Source: a virus | DNA length: 64,000 nucleotides | IMG/VR virus record: IMGVR_UViG_3300047564_003078 | Location: 28,766 to 92,765 of that record | Reading direction: 5' to 3' (one strand) | Shown: positions 39,221-48,409 of the stretch, piece after piece | Layout: each line of letters starts with the position of its first letter | How positions within the stretch are numbered: position 1 is the first letter of the stretch | Program-made: the position numbers and the translations under genes | The notes under the pieces: generated by a model | Told to the model about the DNA's origin: nothing | Databases searched by the model: none | Seen by the model: only the letters and a program-made list of their open reading frames with translations

Positions 39221-39258
39221 GCAGTATTTAACCATAAATAAAGTACAGGAGAATTGTT

Positions 39259-39492
39259 ATGGAAGATGATGTTATACGATTAAATGTAGCACTATTCTTG
39301 CGTTTGATGGAATTAGCACGTGAAGCAGTCAAGGATGATGCTGATTTGCATTTTATAACGGAGATAGTCACCCGCATTAGTCAAGACCGTGTGGTAACCA
39401 TGGACGATTATGAAAACATTCTTGCTTATATGAACAAGAACAAAAAGTCAGATGAGTTAGAAACTATCAAGCGACTGGGCGGTATACAATGA
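39259..39492 (+). CDS. hypothetical late protein
   Basis: TAAATA plus AGGAG; C-terminal ELETIKRLGGI. Confidence 0.6.
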   Translation: MEDDVIRLNVALFLRLMELAREAVKDDADLHFITEIVTRISQDRVVTMDDYENILAYMNKNKKSDELETIKRLGGIQ

Positions 39493-39791
39493 GAGCTACT
39501 GATTTAATTAGAAACGTATTGGATTTGATTGATCAAGTGGATGGTGGTCACAGTTTTACGCAGTCTGCTCCTGAACTGTTGCCTACACCAAACGCAGACG
39601 GAGAGTTAGTATCTAGATTTCGACAAATACATCAGGTGCTTGCAAATCGAGACGTTCCTGTACAATACAGCAATACACCCAACGAAATAGTTACAGATGT
39701 GGCTAGCGTTACAACCGATGTAGGCGGTGGACCAAACGGTATCAAGCATCCTAAAGATATAAGAGTCAAAGATCCGAGAGGATATGAATAA
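39489..39791 (+). CDS. putative internal head protein
   Basis: MRATDLI N-terminus. Confidence 0.5.
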   Translation: MRATDLIRNVLDLIDQVDGGHSFTQSAPELLPTPNADGELVSRFRQIHQVLANRDVPVQYSNTPNEIVTDVASVTTDVGGGPNGIKHPKDIRVKDPRGYE

Positions 39792-40933
39792 TGGCAAGTA
39801 TTGATCTAACCTACAAAGGACTTACAGGAGCACTTGGCAGTATCACAGGGTTTGATGATACCACAACCATAGACGACCTTATCACTGCTATTGCCACTGA
39901 CGAAGGATTAGACACCAACTATTATACAATCAGCAAACTCGGTGATCCAAATAATACATTGAGCATCACCTACGGAGACAGCAGTACCAGTGTAGCAGAT
40001 TTAGGTATTGTTGACGGAGATACTATACTTTGTACAACCAACCAAAACGGCAGCAGAGAGTTTAGACAGGTACAGAAACTGGATATAGCACAGAGAAAGC
40101 GTCAAGGAGGGCCAGCTGATGATAGTTCTACCGATACACCATATTACAGAATTCTAAACGAATACGACAGAGATAGCTTGCCTACAAAGTATGTGGGAAA
40201 CACCGTCGTCGATAATTCCAACAGTGGCGGATTATTGCCAGGTAGACCGTGGACCGGCAGTCCAAGTGCACCATTCGCTAATCCAACACTGACCATTGGT
40301 TCAGCAGTAACAGTAACAGCACAGAGTCCATTCGGTGGAGGCGGCAACAGTTACAACTTTATCAGTTCAGTTAACAGTTACATTACAGCACCGGCCAGCA
40401 CAGATTGGGCTGTGGGGACTGGAGACTTTACAGTAGAATGGTTTGGTCGTCAAAGCACATTGGCACAATTCCAACGTGTGTTTACCGTAGGTGATTATCC
40501 TGCTATTGACTTTGGTGTTAGTATTGAATCAGGAACATTCTATTTCTGGAGCGGCGGCGATGCCGACACAGATTATAGCAGTGCCAGTGCTACAACAACA
40601 AACACTTGGTATCATTGGGCAGTGGTTAGATCCGGCACTACGCTTAGTGTTTATAGAGACGGTACACTGAGAGGAAGTGCAGTTAGCAACACAGACAACA
40701 TCAATGATAGTTCTACAGCATTTGTGGTAGGCAATACCAATACCTTTGCCACCAACGCTGCTTTTGTTGGAGAAATAACAAACTTCCGTCTAGTAAAAGG
40801 CTTAGCAGTTTATACTGGTAACTTTACAGTGCCTACCAGTGCATTGACTGCAACAGCCGGTGCTAATCCATATGGTGGATCTAATACAGCCGCTATTGGG
40901 TCTGGCTTAACAAAATTATTGTTGGTGCCATAA
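39791..40933 (+). CDS. virion protein with LamG/concanavalin-like lectin domain
   Basis: GDFTVEW, WYHWAVVRSG..L.VY.DG and GEITNFRLVKG.AVYT motifs. Confidence 0.75.
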   Translation: MASIDLTYKGLTGALGSITGFDDTTTIDDLITAIATDEGLDTNYYTISKLGDPNNTLSITYGDSSTSVADLGIVDGDTILCTTNQNGSREFRQVQKLDIAQRKRQGGPADDSSTDTPYYRILNEYDRDSLPTKYVGNTVVDNSNSGGLLPGRPWTGSPSAPFANPTLTIGSAVTVTAQSPFGGGGNSYNFISSVNSYITAPASTDWAVGTGDFTVEWFGRQSTLAQFQRVFTVGDYPAIDFGVSIESGTFYFWSGGDADTDYSSASATTTNTWYHWAVVRSGTTLSVYRDGTLRGSAVSNTDNINDSSTAFVVGNTNTFATNAAFVGEITNFRLVKGLAVYTGNFTVPTSALTATAGANPYGGSNTAAIGSGLTKLLLVP

Positions 40934-42249
40934 TGCCTAATTTAAATCCCAACAGCACAAACTACATTCACAGTTACGAACCCAATACCAACGATCTAAC
41001 CATGGCCATGCAGTATGATACTGAAGGTAGACCAACCCTGAGGACCATAGACAGCCAAGCAGGTTACACCAGCAAGAATCGTATGAAGGTATCATCCTAC
41101 ACCACTGACTTCTTCAACACATTCCAATACGGCAAAGAAACAGATGTGTGGGATGAAAGCACTGTCTCAGGCGGATCTGCCACTTGGAATAGTAATACCA
41201 ACTGGATAGACATGGCAGTGGACAGCACACAAGGAGCCAAGGTTACTCGACAGACTCGCAATGTGATGCGATATATACCGGGACGTAGTAGCACACTGAC
41301 CTATGCAGTTAGATTACAAACACCAGTAACAGGTATACGCAGACGCTTTGGCCTTTATGACGATGCCAACGGTTTTTTCTTTGAAGATGCAGGAGTCATA
41401 GGTGCGGACGGCTTACCAGAATACAACGTGGTGGTGCGTACCAGTACATCGGGCAGCTTGGTTGAAAATCGTATTCCTCGCAGTCAATGGAACGGCGATA
41501 AATTAGATGGGTTAGGAGTAGATGGTATCACTGCTGACCCCACCAAAGTACAGATGGTGAGTTTTGATTACGAGTGGTATGGTGCTGGACAGGTTGTTGT
41601 AGGTTTTGTGATCAACGGATCTACACACATAATACACACCTTTAATCACGGAAACATATCTACTGTACCATGGAGTTCAACGCCTTTCCTGCCTATTAGA
41701 TTAGAGATTGAAAATCTCACAGGGGTGGCAGGCACACACTATCTCTATCAAGGATCCAACAGTCTTATATCAGAAGGTACCCCAACTAAAATGGGTATTG
41801 CACAGAACATTACCAGTCCTATTACTGGTAGGACCATGGCCAGTTCCAACACCTTCTATCCTATACTCAGCATTAGATTAAAAAGTTCTGCACTCAAAGG
41901 TATTGTATTGCCCACATTCTTCCAAGCGGCTACTGTGGACAACACATCGGTGTTTTATAAACTGGTTCGCAATGCTACACTGACTGGTGCAAACTTTGTG
42001 AACATGCCTGACACCAACGCATTTACACAGTATGACGTCAGTGCTACCAGTTATACCGGCGGCATTGATATTGATAGTGGATTCGTTATTGGCAGCGGCG
42101 GCACCGGCATTAGATTGGATCAAAACACAGAATATCAACTCGGCCGTGGCAGTATGGGCACAGTCAGTGACACTTTGACGTTAGCTATAGCCTGCCCTAA
42201 CACTAACAAAGCGGCACTGGCTGCTATGACTTGGATTGAACAGCGTTAA
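40933..42249 (+). CDS. putative virion structural protein
   Basis: Beta-rich 438 aa; RQT..MRYIPGR and DYEWYGAG motifs; late operon. Confidence 0.55.
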   Translation: MPNLNPNSTNYIHSYEPNTNDLTMAMQYDTEGRPTLRTIDSQAGYTSKNRMKVSSYTTDFFNTFQYGKETDVWDESTVSGGSATWNSNTNWIDMAVDSTQGAKVTRQTRNVMRYIPGRSSTLTYAVRLQTPVTGIRRRFGLYDDANGFFFEDAGVIGADGLPEYNVVVRTSTSGSLVENRIPRSQWNGDKLDGLGVDGITADPTKVQMVSFDYEWYGAGQVVVGFVINGSTHIIHTFNHGNISTVPWSSTPFLPIRLEIENLTGVAGTHYLYQGSNSLISEGTPTKMGIAQNITSPITGRTMASSNTFYPILSIRLKSSALKGIVLPTFFQAATVDNTSVFYKLVRNATLTGANFVNMPDTNAFTQYDVSATSYTGGIDIDSGFVIGSGGTGIRLDQNTEYQLGRGSMGTVSDTLTLAIACPNTNKAALAAMTWIEQR

Positions 42250-42342
42250 AAAGATTCACCCCCCGCAGTGTAAACTACGAGGGGCTTGCTTCATATTATT
42301 AATAAAGGGCTATGCCCTGACATCTTAAATAACTATTATAAC

Positions 42343-42636
42343 TTATTTATTTTTAACGCCGCTTACAAACTCATAAAACTTTTCAGCAGCTTCTAGTACT
42401 TTCTCAGTGCCCGGAGCATCTGGCATTGCAACCTTGGTAACAATTTCGCCATTTTCTTTTGAAATACTGGTTTCAAAAGCACCCCATTTTGCGTGATAGT
42501 CTTGCCATACCTGGTTCTGTGCAAACTCTAGAACTTTGGTACGAATCTCGTAGCCATTCTTGTTTGGCTTGACAGTGGGCATCATGCTCTTCATTACTTC
42601 TGTCATCTGTTCAAATTGTTTAGTTACATCATTCAT
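42343..42636 (-). CDS. hypothetical protein
   Basis: AAGGAG RBS before ATG 42636; NGYEIR..AEKFYEFV. Confidence 0.6.
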   Translation of the reverse strand: MNDVTKQFEQMTEVMKSMMPTVKPNKNGYEIRTKVLEFAQNQVWQDYHAKWGAFETSISKENGEIVTKVAMPDAPGTEKVLEAAEKFYEFVSGVKNK

Positions 42637-42685
42637 AGCTTTTCTCCTTGTGTATGTGTGTGAATGTGCTAATATTATAGCAAAA

Positions 42686-42760
42686 TTATTTAGTGTTGTC
42701 AACAGGCTTATGATCTTTTTTTGGTGCTGAATCCTCACCGTAGTACGGAATATGTGACAT
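42686..42760 (-). CDS. 24-aa micropeptide MSHIPYYGED...
   Basis: TGATG coupling; AAGGAG RBS. Confidence 0.4.
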   Translation of the reverse strand: MSHIPYYGEDSAPKKDHKPVDNTK

Positions 42761-42885
42761 CAGATGTCTCCTTCACCTAGCATGATCTTACGAGCAAGAT
42801 CATGACGTCCTTGACGTGCTAGTTCAGCAGCAGCTCTAGCACGACCTGTACGTTCAAATAAGTTAATAATGCGTTGCCACATCAT
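42760..42885 (-). CDS. 41-aa small protein (GRARAAAELARQG)
   Basis: Translationally coupled; resembles alphaproteobacterial small proteins. Confidence 0.55.
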   Translation of the reverse strand: MMWQRIINLFERTGRARAAAELARQGRHDLARKIMLGEGDI

Positions 42886-42944
42886 TTGCCGCCGGGTTTT
42901 TTTTCGTTCTTATCGCGAAGATAACTGTGATCTGGATCTAACAT
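42882..42944 (-). CDS. 20-aa micropeptide MLDPDHSY...
   Basis: TAATG and ATGA coupling at both ends. Confidence 0.4.
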   Translation of the reverse strand: MLDPDHSYLRDKNEKKPGGK

Positions 42945-43135
42945 TATATCCACCCCTTCAAGTTTTGATTTGCTCTAATCTGCCAAGGTGCTTCACCTCT
43001 GCTGATGGAACGCTGTCTGCGTTCTAAATCTTCTAGGCTGATACTGTCAGCTAGGTATTCTTCAACAAACTGCTTTTCAGTACGAGTGTTGAGTATATCT
43101 TTGAACATGTTTTTAAGCATTACTGTACCTATCAT
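42944..43135 (-). CDS. DUF3563-like small protein
   Basis: EEYLADSISLEDLERRQR. Confidence 0.65.
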   Translation of the reverse strand: MIGTVMLKNMFKDILNTRTEKQFVEEYLADSISLEDLERRQRSISRGEAPWQIRANQNLKGWI

Positions 43136-43293
43136 TGTCTTGCTCCGTAAGCAGCTTCGCTGGCAACCACCGGAATCATTTCGGGTGCAAGACCGAGATC
43201 ACGCAGTTCGTGATAGGTAAGCGAATTTAACTCTCTAAGAGTTTGCTTATACACTCTATGACGAGCAAGCCAAGTTTTAAACTTTTCAATCAT
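43132..43293 (-). CDS. DUF1127 (YjiS-like) small protein
   Basis: W..RHRVYKQTLRELNSLTYHELRDLGL; not in ORF track. Confidence 0.8.
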   Translation of the reverse strand: MIEKFKTWLARHRVYKQTLRELNSLTYHELRDLGLAPEMIPVVASEAAYGARQ

Positions 43294-43457
43294 TATCTTG
43301 CTCCTGCTCCGGGAGCAACACCATGCTCAAGCATGTAGTGATAAGCGTAAAGTGAATCTTTTTTGTATTCGATACGGGCCCAAGTTGCTAGATCCTTGTC
43401 TGAAGGTCTAGTTGACAGTAAATGTACCCAGTCGTTGAATAGTTTTAGTGTTAACAT
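43293..43457 (-). CDS. 54-aa small protein
   Basis: First gene of the small-ORF operon; TAATG coupling. Confidence 0.5.
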   Translation of the reverse strand: MLTLKLFNDWVHLLSTRPSDKDLATWARIEYKKDSLYAYHYMLEHGVAPGAGAR

Positions 43458-43596
43458 TTTTTTCTCTCTATATATGTGTGAAATGCTGCACTTGCAGCAT
43501 TAACTATATATTTAACATAAAATGTTGACAAAACCGAGCGTGATTATTGCATATCGCCCTGCAAGAAAATGCATACCTGAGAATGGTTTTTTAAAT

Positions 43597-43625
43597 GTTT
43601 GATAAAATCTTCATAAATCTGTTAC
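43597..43625 (+). promoter_or_regulatory. Pho box (PhoB site) upstream of pstS
   Basis: GTTTGAT-AAAA-TCTTCAT-AAAT-CTGTTAC with 11-bp period; matches CTGTCAT-AWAW-CTGTMAY. Confidence 0.65.
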
Positions 43626-43742
43626 ACTTTTATGTTACATTATCTTTTAAATAATAGCGTAATGAGACACAGACACATACACAACCTCACACAGAGAAAC
43701 AGTCTCCTTGCGTTTTATTTTGTTAACAAAAGGATAACACAC

Positions 43743-44705
43743 ATGAAAACATTACTAACAGCAGCGGCAGTGGTAGCCCTAACAGCCACAGGTGCATTTG
43801 CCCGTGACAACGTACAGGTTACAGGCTCAAGCACAGTTCTTCCATATGCAACCATTGTTGCAGAAGCATTTGGCGAAAACTTTGAATTTCCATCACCGGT
43901 AGTTGAAGGTGGCGGTTCGGGTGCAGGTCGTAAGAAACTATGCGAAGGCGTAGGCGAAGGCACAGTTGATATTGCTAACAGCAGTTCAAAGATGAAAGAA
44001 GAAGAATGGGCCAAGTGCGAAGAAGCAGTTGGCAAGATTACAGAAGTTAGAATTGGCTACGATGGTATCGTATTTGCATCTAACATTGATCAACTCAACA
44101 TTGACGATCTAACAGTAGTTCAACTGTACACTGCACTACATGCTGACAGCACTGCAAAACTTTGGAGCGATGTCGATCCTGCTCTACCAGCGGTAGAAAT
44201 CCTTGCCTACATTCCAGGTACCAAGCATGGCACACGTGAAGTGTTTGATGTAAAGGTTATGGAAGATGGTTGTAAAACAGTACTAGGTGTTGAAAAGCTA
44301 GACGACGATCAGAAGAAGGCTTGCGTTAAGGTTCGTACTGATGGTGCAGCAATTGACATCGACGGCGACTATACTGAAACACTTGCACGTCTAGATGCAA
44401 ACAAGACAGCACTTGGCGTGTTTGGTCTTAGCTTCTATCAGAACAACACTGACAAGCTAGAAGTTGCTACAGTCAGCGGCGTATTTCCTAGCGTAGAAAC
44501 AATCTCAAGCGGTGATTATCCAATCAGCCGTCCGCTTTACTTCTATGTTAAGGATGCACATCTTGAAGTAATTCCAGGACTTAGAGAGTATGTACAGTTC
44601 TTCGTAAGTGATGAAATGGCAGGTCCAGACGGTGCTCTAGCACAATACGGTCTTGTTCCTGATCCAGAACTAGCAGCAACTCAAGAAGAGTGGGCTAACA
44701 AGTAA
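43743..44705 (+). CDS. pstS: phosphate ABC transporter substrate-binding protein
   Basis: Signal peptide; GSSTVLP, GGSGAG, DIANSS, GYDGIV, GTRE.F and YPISRPLYFY motifs. Confidence 0.9.
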   Translation: MKTLLTAAAVVALTATGAFARDNVQVTGSSTVLPYATIVAEAFGENFEFPSPVVEGGGSGAGRKKLCEGVGEGTVDIANSSSKMKEEEWAKCEEAVGKITEVRIGYDGIVFASNIDQLNIDDLTVVQLYTALHADSTAKLWSDVDPALPAVEILAYIPGTKHGTREVFDVKVMEDGCKTVLGVEKLDDDQKKACVKVRTDGAAIDIDGDYTETLARLDANKTALGVFGLSFYQNNTDKLEVATVSGVFPSVETISSGDYPISRPLYFYVKDAHLEVIPGLREYVQFFVSDEMAGPDGALAQYGLVPDPELAATQEEWANK

Positions 44706-44715
44706 TTGAGATACT

Positions 44716-44743
44716 CAAGGAGCAGGGTTAACCCTGCTCCTTG
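44716..44743. terminator. perfect 28-bp palindrome between convergent pstS and lipase
   Basis: CAAGGAGCAGGGTT|AACCCTGCTCCTTG; no U-tract. Confidence 0.45.
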
Positions 44744-45492
44744 TTCCATGCTTCTATATTTGCAACATAATTGACCATACTGTGATCAGAAAAGTTGTCA
44801 ATACTGCCTTTCTTAACACCCATCCACATACCACGACAACGATCTTTTACACGCTGCCATCCTGTGTTTTTGCGTACCTGTCCATAGGCGTTCATATAGT
44901 GTTCTGTACCGTGATGTCTATAGCCCATCAATGCAAGCGGAACTCTTGTCACAACATCATTGTTGTTGACCCAGCGATGATGTTGTACACCAAGATGCAC
45001 AACATATCCACGCCAACCTACACGTGGTGAACCAAACGTGTAAAGTTCTTCAGGATCGGGTAGTTTCTCGCAATATAAACAGCGACTAGACATAATGGTT
45101 GCCATTGCAGCACCAAGACTGTGTCCGGCAAACCATAATTTTTGTGATACAGGTTTGTCAAGTAAATCTTTTTGTATCATAGGCCACAAATCGTCTACTT
45201 CTTCTTTGAAACCTTTGTGTACTCTACTGATGGTTTCAGCCATAACTGGCACGGCTTTTAGGTCTGCTCGGATATCGTTAAAGCAAGTAGGTTCTGTTCC
45301 TCTACATACTATTACCATATCCTCTTTGTTTTGAAATCTGTAGGCTTGAGCTCCATGCTTATCATAGAGTTTAGTGCTGTTAAAACCTAATTTTTTTGCT
45401 TGACTTTTGGCTTCTCTTTCATTACAATAGGAAACTTGTGCTAATCTAGCAAATAATAGGCTACGTTCCTTGAAATTTAATTCTGTTATCAT
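44728..45492 (-). CDS. class 3 lipase
   Basis: RGTE, VHKGF, GHSLG, YTFGSPRVG, DVVTRVP and DHSM motifs. Confidence 0.88.
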   Translation of the reverse strand: MITELNFKERSLLFARLAQVSYCNEREAKSQAKKLGFNSTKLYDKHGAQAYRFQNKEDMVIVCRGTEPTCFNDIRADLKAVPVMAETISRVHKGFKEEVDDLWPMIQKDLLDKPVSQKLWFAGHSLGAAMATIMSSRCLYCEKLPDPEELYTFGSPRVGWRGYVVHLGVQHHRWVNNNDVVTRVPLALMGYRHHGTEHYMNAYGQVRKNTGWQRVKDRCRGMWMGVKKGSIDNFSDHSMVNYVANIEAWNKEQG

Positions 45493-45558
45493 TTTACGCC
45501 CCCACTTATGTTCTTATTTATTGATAGACCATACTAAATACAGTAAGGGAATTTTGCA

Positions 45559-45810
45559 ATGAAGAAAAGAACTAGAGGAATTTTAGAAGAACTCAGCACA
45601 ATCGGACGTAGAGGTTTCAGTGACGAGTTTATACAAACTACTGGTAACAATATTATTGAAAGTGCAATTAATTTACTTTCAAAGATACATGAGAGCTACC
45701 CTGAGGATACTGCCTTAGATTTAGAAAGGCGTTTCCTAAATGCAATTAGAAGTAACAATCCGAAGAAATTCAAAAGCGGTGTTGACAAAATAATGGAGAG
45801 CAAAAAATAA
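45559..45810 (+). CDS. hypothetical late protein
   Basis: TAAATA at 45535. Confidence 0.6.
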   Translation: MKKRTRGILEELSTIGRRGFSDEFIQTTGNNIIESAINLLSKIHESYPEDTALDLERRFLNAIRSNNPKKFKSGVDKIMESKK

Positions 45811-46547
45811 TGGGCGGCAATGTATTCCAAGGCACCAGTGACTTTGATCAAAAAGATATCCCTGCAATGATGGCACAACTCAATCCTATTCTTGCCAAGA
45901 TAGGAATCAAAGGGCATGTTATCGGCAGTGGTGCAACTCCAACCGCTGGTAAGAAAAGCGGCGATCTTGACGTAATGATTGACCAAGATGTTCTTGCACA
46001 AAAATTTAAGATCTCGTCGCCCAAAGACATCAAAATTGCCCTTGAAAAAATGCTTCAACAATCTGGATTTGAAACTGCCAAAAGCGGTGTTAACGTACAT
46101 GTGAAAGTGGTGCTTGATGACACTGCTCACCAAGTTGACCTAATGGTAGTTCCTCATGCTGAATTGGTCAGCAAGTTTCACGTACATGATTTGCCCAAAG
46201 GATCTCCCTACAAAGGTAAGAACAAGCAATTGGCTATTTGGTGGCTGAGCAAACAAGCAGGATACAACTGGAGTGCATTCAAAGGACTGGTTGATGCACA
46301 GACCAAAGAAGTTATCAGCAGAGACATGGACCAGATTGCAAAAATGATCATAGGTCCAAATGCCAGTGCTAGAGATCTAGGCAGTGTAGAAAGTATTATG
46401 GCAGCATTGCCTAGCAACAAAGCCAACAGTATGCTAGCAGATCTAAAACAAAACCCTGACTGGAGCGAACTGCCCACTGAGAGTGCTGAATTAGAACGCA
46501 TTAAACAACTCAGTGGATTAAGTCTAAACAGTGTAAGAATGATTTAA
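45810..46547 (+). CDS. Pol-beta superfamily nucleotidyltransferase
   Basis: IGSG-x8-GDLDV and third acid QVDLM; C-terminal ESAELERIKQLSGL. Confidence 0.65.
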   Translation: MGGNVFQGTSDFDQKDIPAMMAQLNPILAKIGIKGHVIGSGATPTAGKKSGDLDVMIDQDVLAQKFKISSPKDIKIALEKMLQQSGFETAKSGVNVHVKVVLDDTAHQVDLMVVPHAELVSKFHVHDLPKGSPYKGKNKQLAIWWLSKQAGYNWSAFKGLVDAQTKEVISRDMDQIAKMIIGPNASARDLGSVESIMAALPSNKANSMLADLKQNPDWSELPTESAELERIKQLSGLSLNSVRMI

Positions 46548-46650
46548 TTGCGTTTTTAAGCCATATTACCCCTATTTTACTACTCTTGACTAAATACATT
46601 ATACAAGATCCACTGAGCGTGGATTGTCATTTAGAGTAAGGAGAATTAAA

Positions 46651-47031
46651 ATGGCAGACGTAACAAGCGTAGCAATTGGTGCAACTACAGTTGGTGCTAA
46701 CTACGAAAAGTTTTCAATCAATACTTCAGATGCTGGTAAGGAGTATATCCTAAGTATCACTGCTGACGCTGGTACACTTACCAACGCAAAATTAAAAGAA
46801 GTTTACAACTATCTAACTACCAACAATTATACACCAGCAAATACTGATGGTAGCTCAGCAGGTACATGGGCAGGTCTTGGCACAGCAGATGGAACACCTC
46901 TTGATTTTACCGCTGACACTGTAGCATTAATCCGTTTTCAGACTACACAAGATTTTGATGTTACTGATTTCAATGCTGCATCAACACTGACAACATTAGC
47001 TATTGTTGCAGTATTTAGACCAGCAAAGTAA
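46651..47031 (+). CDS. putative abundant virion protein
   Basis: TAAATA promoter, strong TAAGGAG RBS, Ala/Thr-rich, own terminator. Confidence 0.55.
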   Translation: MADVTSVAIGATTVGANYEKFSINTSDAGKEYILSITADAGTLTNAKLKEVYNYLTTNNYTPANTDGSSAGTWAGLGTADGTPLDFTADTVALIRFQTTQDFDVTDFNAASTLTTLAIVAVFRPAK

Positions 47032-47049
47032 TTTAAGTTAAATTACAAC

Positions 47050-47080
47050 AAAGGGTTCGCATTTTGCGGACCCTTTTTTT
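47050..47080 (+). terminator. Rho-independent terminator
   Basis: AAAGGGTTCGC-ATTTT-GCGGACCC-TTTTTTT. Confidence 0.85.
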
Positions 47081-47098
47081 GTGACCGTTAAATACTGT

Positions 47099-47512
47099 AT
47101 GATTTTCCAATTGATAACCCTTGTTGACATAACTCAAACCAACGCCCGTCGAGGACATGATATGTTCGAACAAAAGCAACAACAAAACTTTCTAACAGTG
47201 CTGCAAACACTGAGTCTACGAAGCAATGCAGTAGTAGACAGTGAGCCTAAGAGTTTTTTTGACGATGCTGAACATTATGGGTTTGGAGAAGATTACCATG
47301 GCAACAACCAACTGTGGAAGCTAAATTTCAGCTATGAAAGCAGTCTAGAAAACATCTTAGAACTTGTACTAGATGATTTAAATTACGTACCATTCATTCC
47401 TAACCTAAATGAATCGGTTTTCTTTGACCTATCGGTTTTCCAAACCAAAGACGCTAGGGCAAAAAATACAATTGTAATACCTTTAGAAAACACATCTAAG
47501 ATAAATAAATGA
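47099..47512 (+). CDS. hypothetical late protein
   Basis: TAAATA at 47089. Confidence 0.55.
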   Translation: MIFQLITLVDITQTNARRGHDMFEQKQQQNFLTVLQTLSLRSNAVVDSEPKSFFDDAEHYGFGEDYHGNNQLWKLNFSYESSLENILELVLDDLNYVPFIPNLNESVFFDLSVFQTKDARAKNTIVIPLENTSKINK

Positions 47513-47583
47513 GTTAGAAATAACTTAGGCATTTAATAGGTACTACGAAAAGGCTTTTTCCTGTCGAACCAATGGAGTGTTAA

Positions 47584-47814
47584 ATGTCGACCACTGATCT
47601 TGAAAGAACTAGTTTAGAAGCACATGTGGACTTGTGTGCAATCCGTTATGAAGCATTAGACAAACGTCTAACCAAGGTAGAAGAAAAATTAGATACCATT
47701 GCTGATGATATGAAAGCAGGTCAAAACAGCTTGGCCAAGGTAATTATAGGTGCTGCTGGAACTATAGTAGCAGGATTGTTGAGCACTGTTGTCGTTGTTA
47801 TAATGCAAATGTAA
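47584..47814 (+). CDS. coiled-coil plus C-terminal TM protein (XhlA/holin-like)
   Basis: HVDLCAIRY, heptad region, single TM. Confidence 0.5.
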   Translation: MSTTDLERTSLEAHVDLCAIRYEALDKRLTKVEEKLDTIADDMKAGQNSLAKVIIGAAGTIVAGLLSTVVVVIMQM

Positions 47815-47834
47815 CTTCCACGATAAATAACTTT

Positions 47835-48110
47835 ATGTTGTTACGTGAAGTTTTTGATCAAAAAATAGATGAAAAATTAATATGGGGTCGTGCCGGTAAT
47901 AAGGTTGTACGCAAGTACCGTTGCAGCGGCGGCACCCGTCATGGTAGAATTGTGAGCAAAGCTCAACAATGTTTTGCCCCTTTGGATTTTAAGCAGAGTG
48001 CAAGATTTAAAAAAGTAAAAGCTAGAATTGGCGATCGCATGAGTCGTAAGGCTAGACGAACCAAGCGTGTAAATCCTGCAAGCAAACGAGTACAGGCGTT
48101 GAACAAGTAA
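47835..48110 (+). CDS. highly basic putative core protein
   Basis: WGR.G.KVVRKYRC..G.R.GR motif; paralog of the next gene. Confidence 0.55.
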   Translation: MLLREVFDQKIDEKLIWGRAGNKVVRKYRCSGGTRHGRIVSKAQQCFAPLDFKQSARFKKVKARIGDRMSRKARRTKRVNPASKRVQALNK

Positions 48111-48409
48111 TGCAAGTAGTAGAGATCATAGAAGGCTATACACAAGTTTGGGGACGCAGTAAAAAAGGAGTCGTTAGACGTTATCGTTGTACTGATGGTC
48201 CTAAAAAAGGGCGTGTGGTTGCAAAACCCAGTACTTGCGGAACAAGAGTTAATCAAAAGAAAAGCTTACAATTAAAAAATACTCGCAGAACCAAAGGTAA
48301 GTCACAATCTATAAAACGTGCCGCTACAATGAAACGTCCAACAACCAGCAGAATTCAAAAACTAAACAAAGGCATAACACCACGTCGCGGAAAGAGTAGA
48401 AAAAAATGA
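48110..48409 (+). CDS. highly basic putative core protein
   Basis: WGR..KGVVRRYRC..G.K.GR motif. Confidence 0.55.
   Translation: MQVVEIIEGYTQVWGRSKKGVVRRYRCTDGPKKGRVVAKPSTCGTRVNQKKSLQLKNTRRTKGKSQSIKRAATMKRPTTSRIQKLNKGITPRRGKSRKK

Noticed and set aside
43548-43575. LysR-type box upstream of the DUF1127 operon
   Set aside because: TGCA..TGCA spacing does not fit T-N11-A cleanly; too weak to call.
45810-46547. Nucleotidyltransferase as a CBASS cyclase
   Set aside because: Only the generic GS..DxD..D motif is visible, no effector or cap genes are adjacent, and the context is a late operon.
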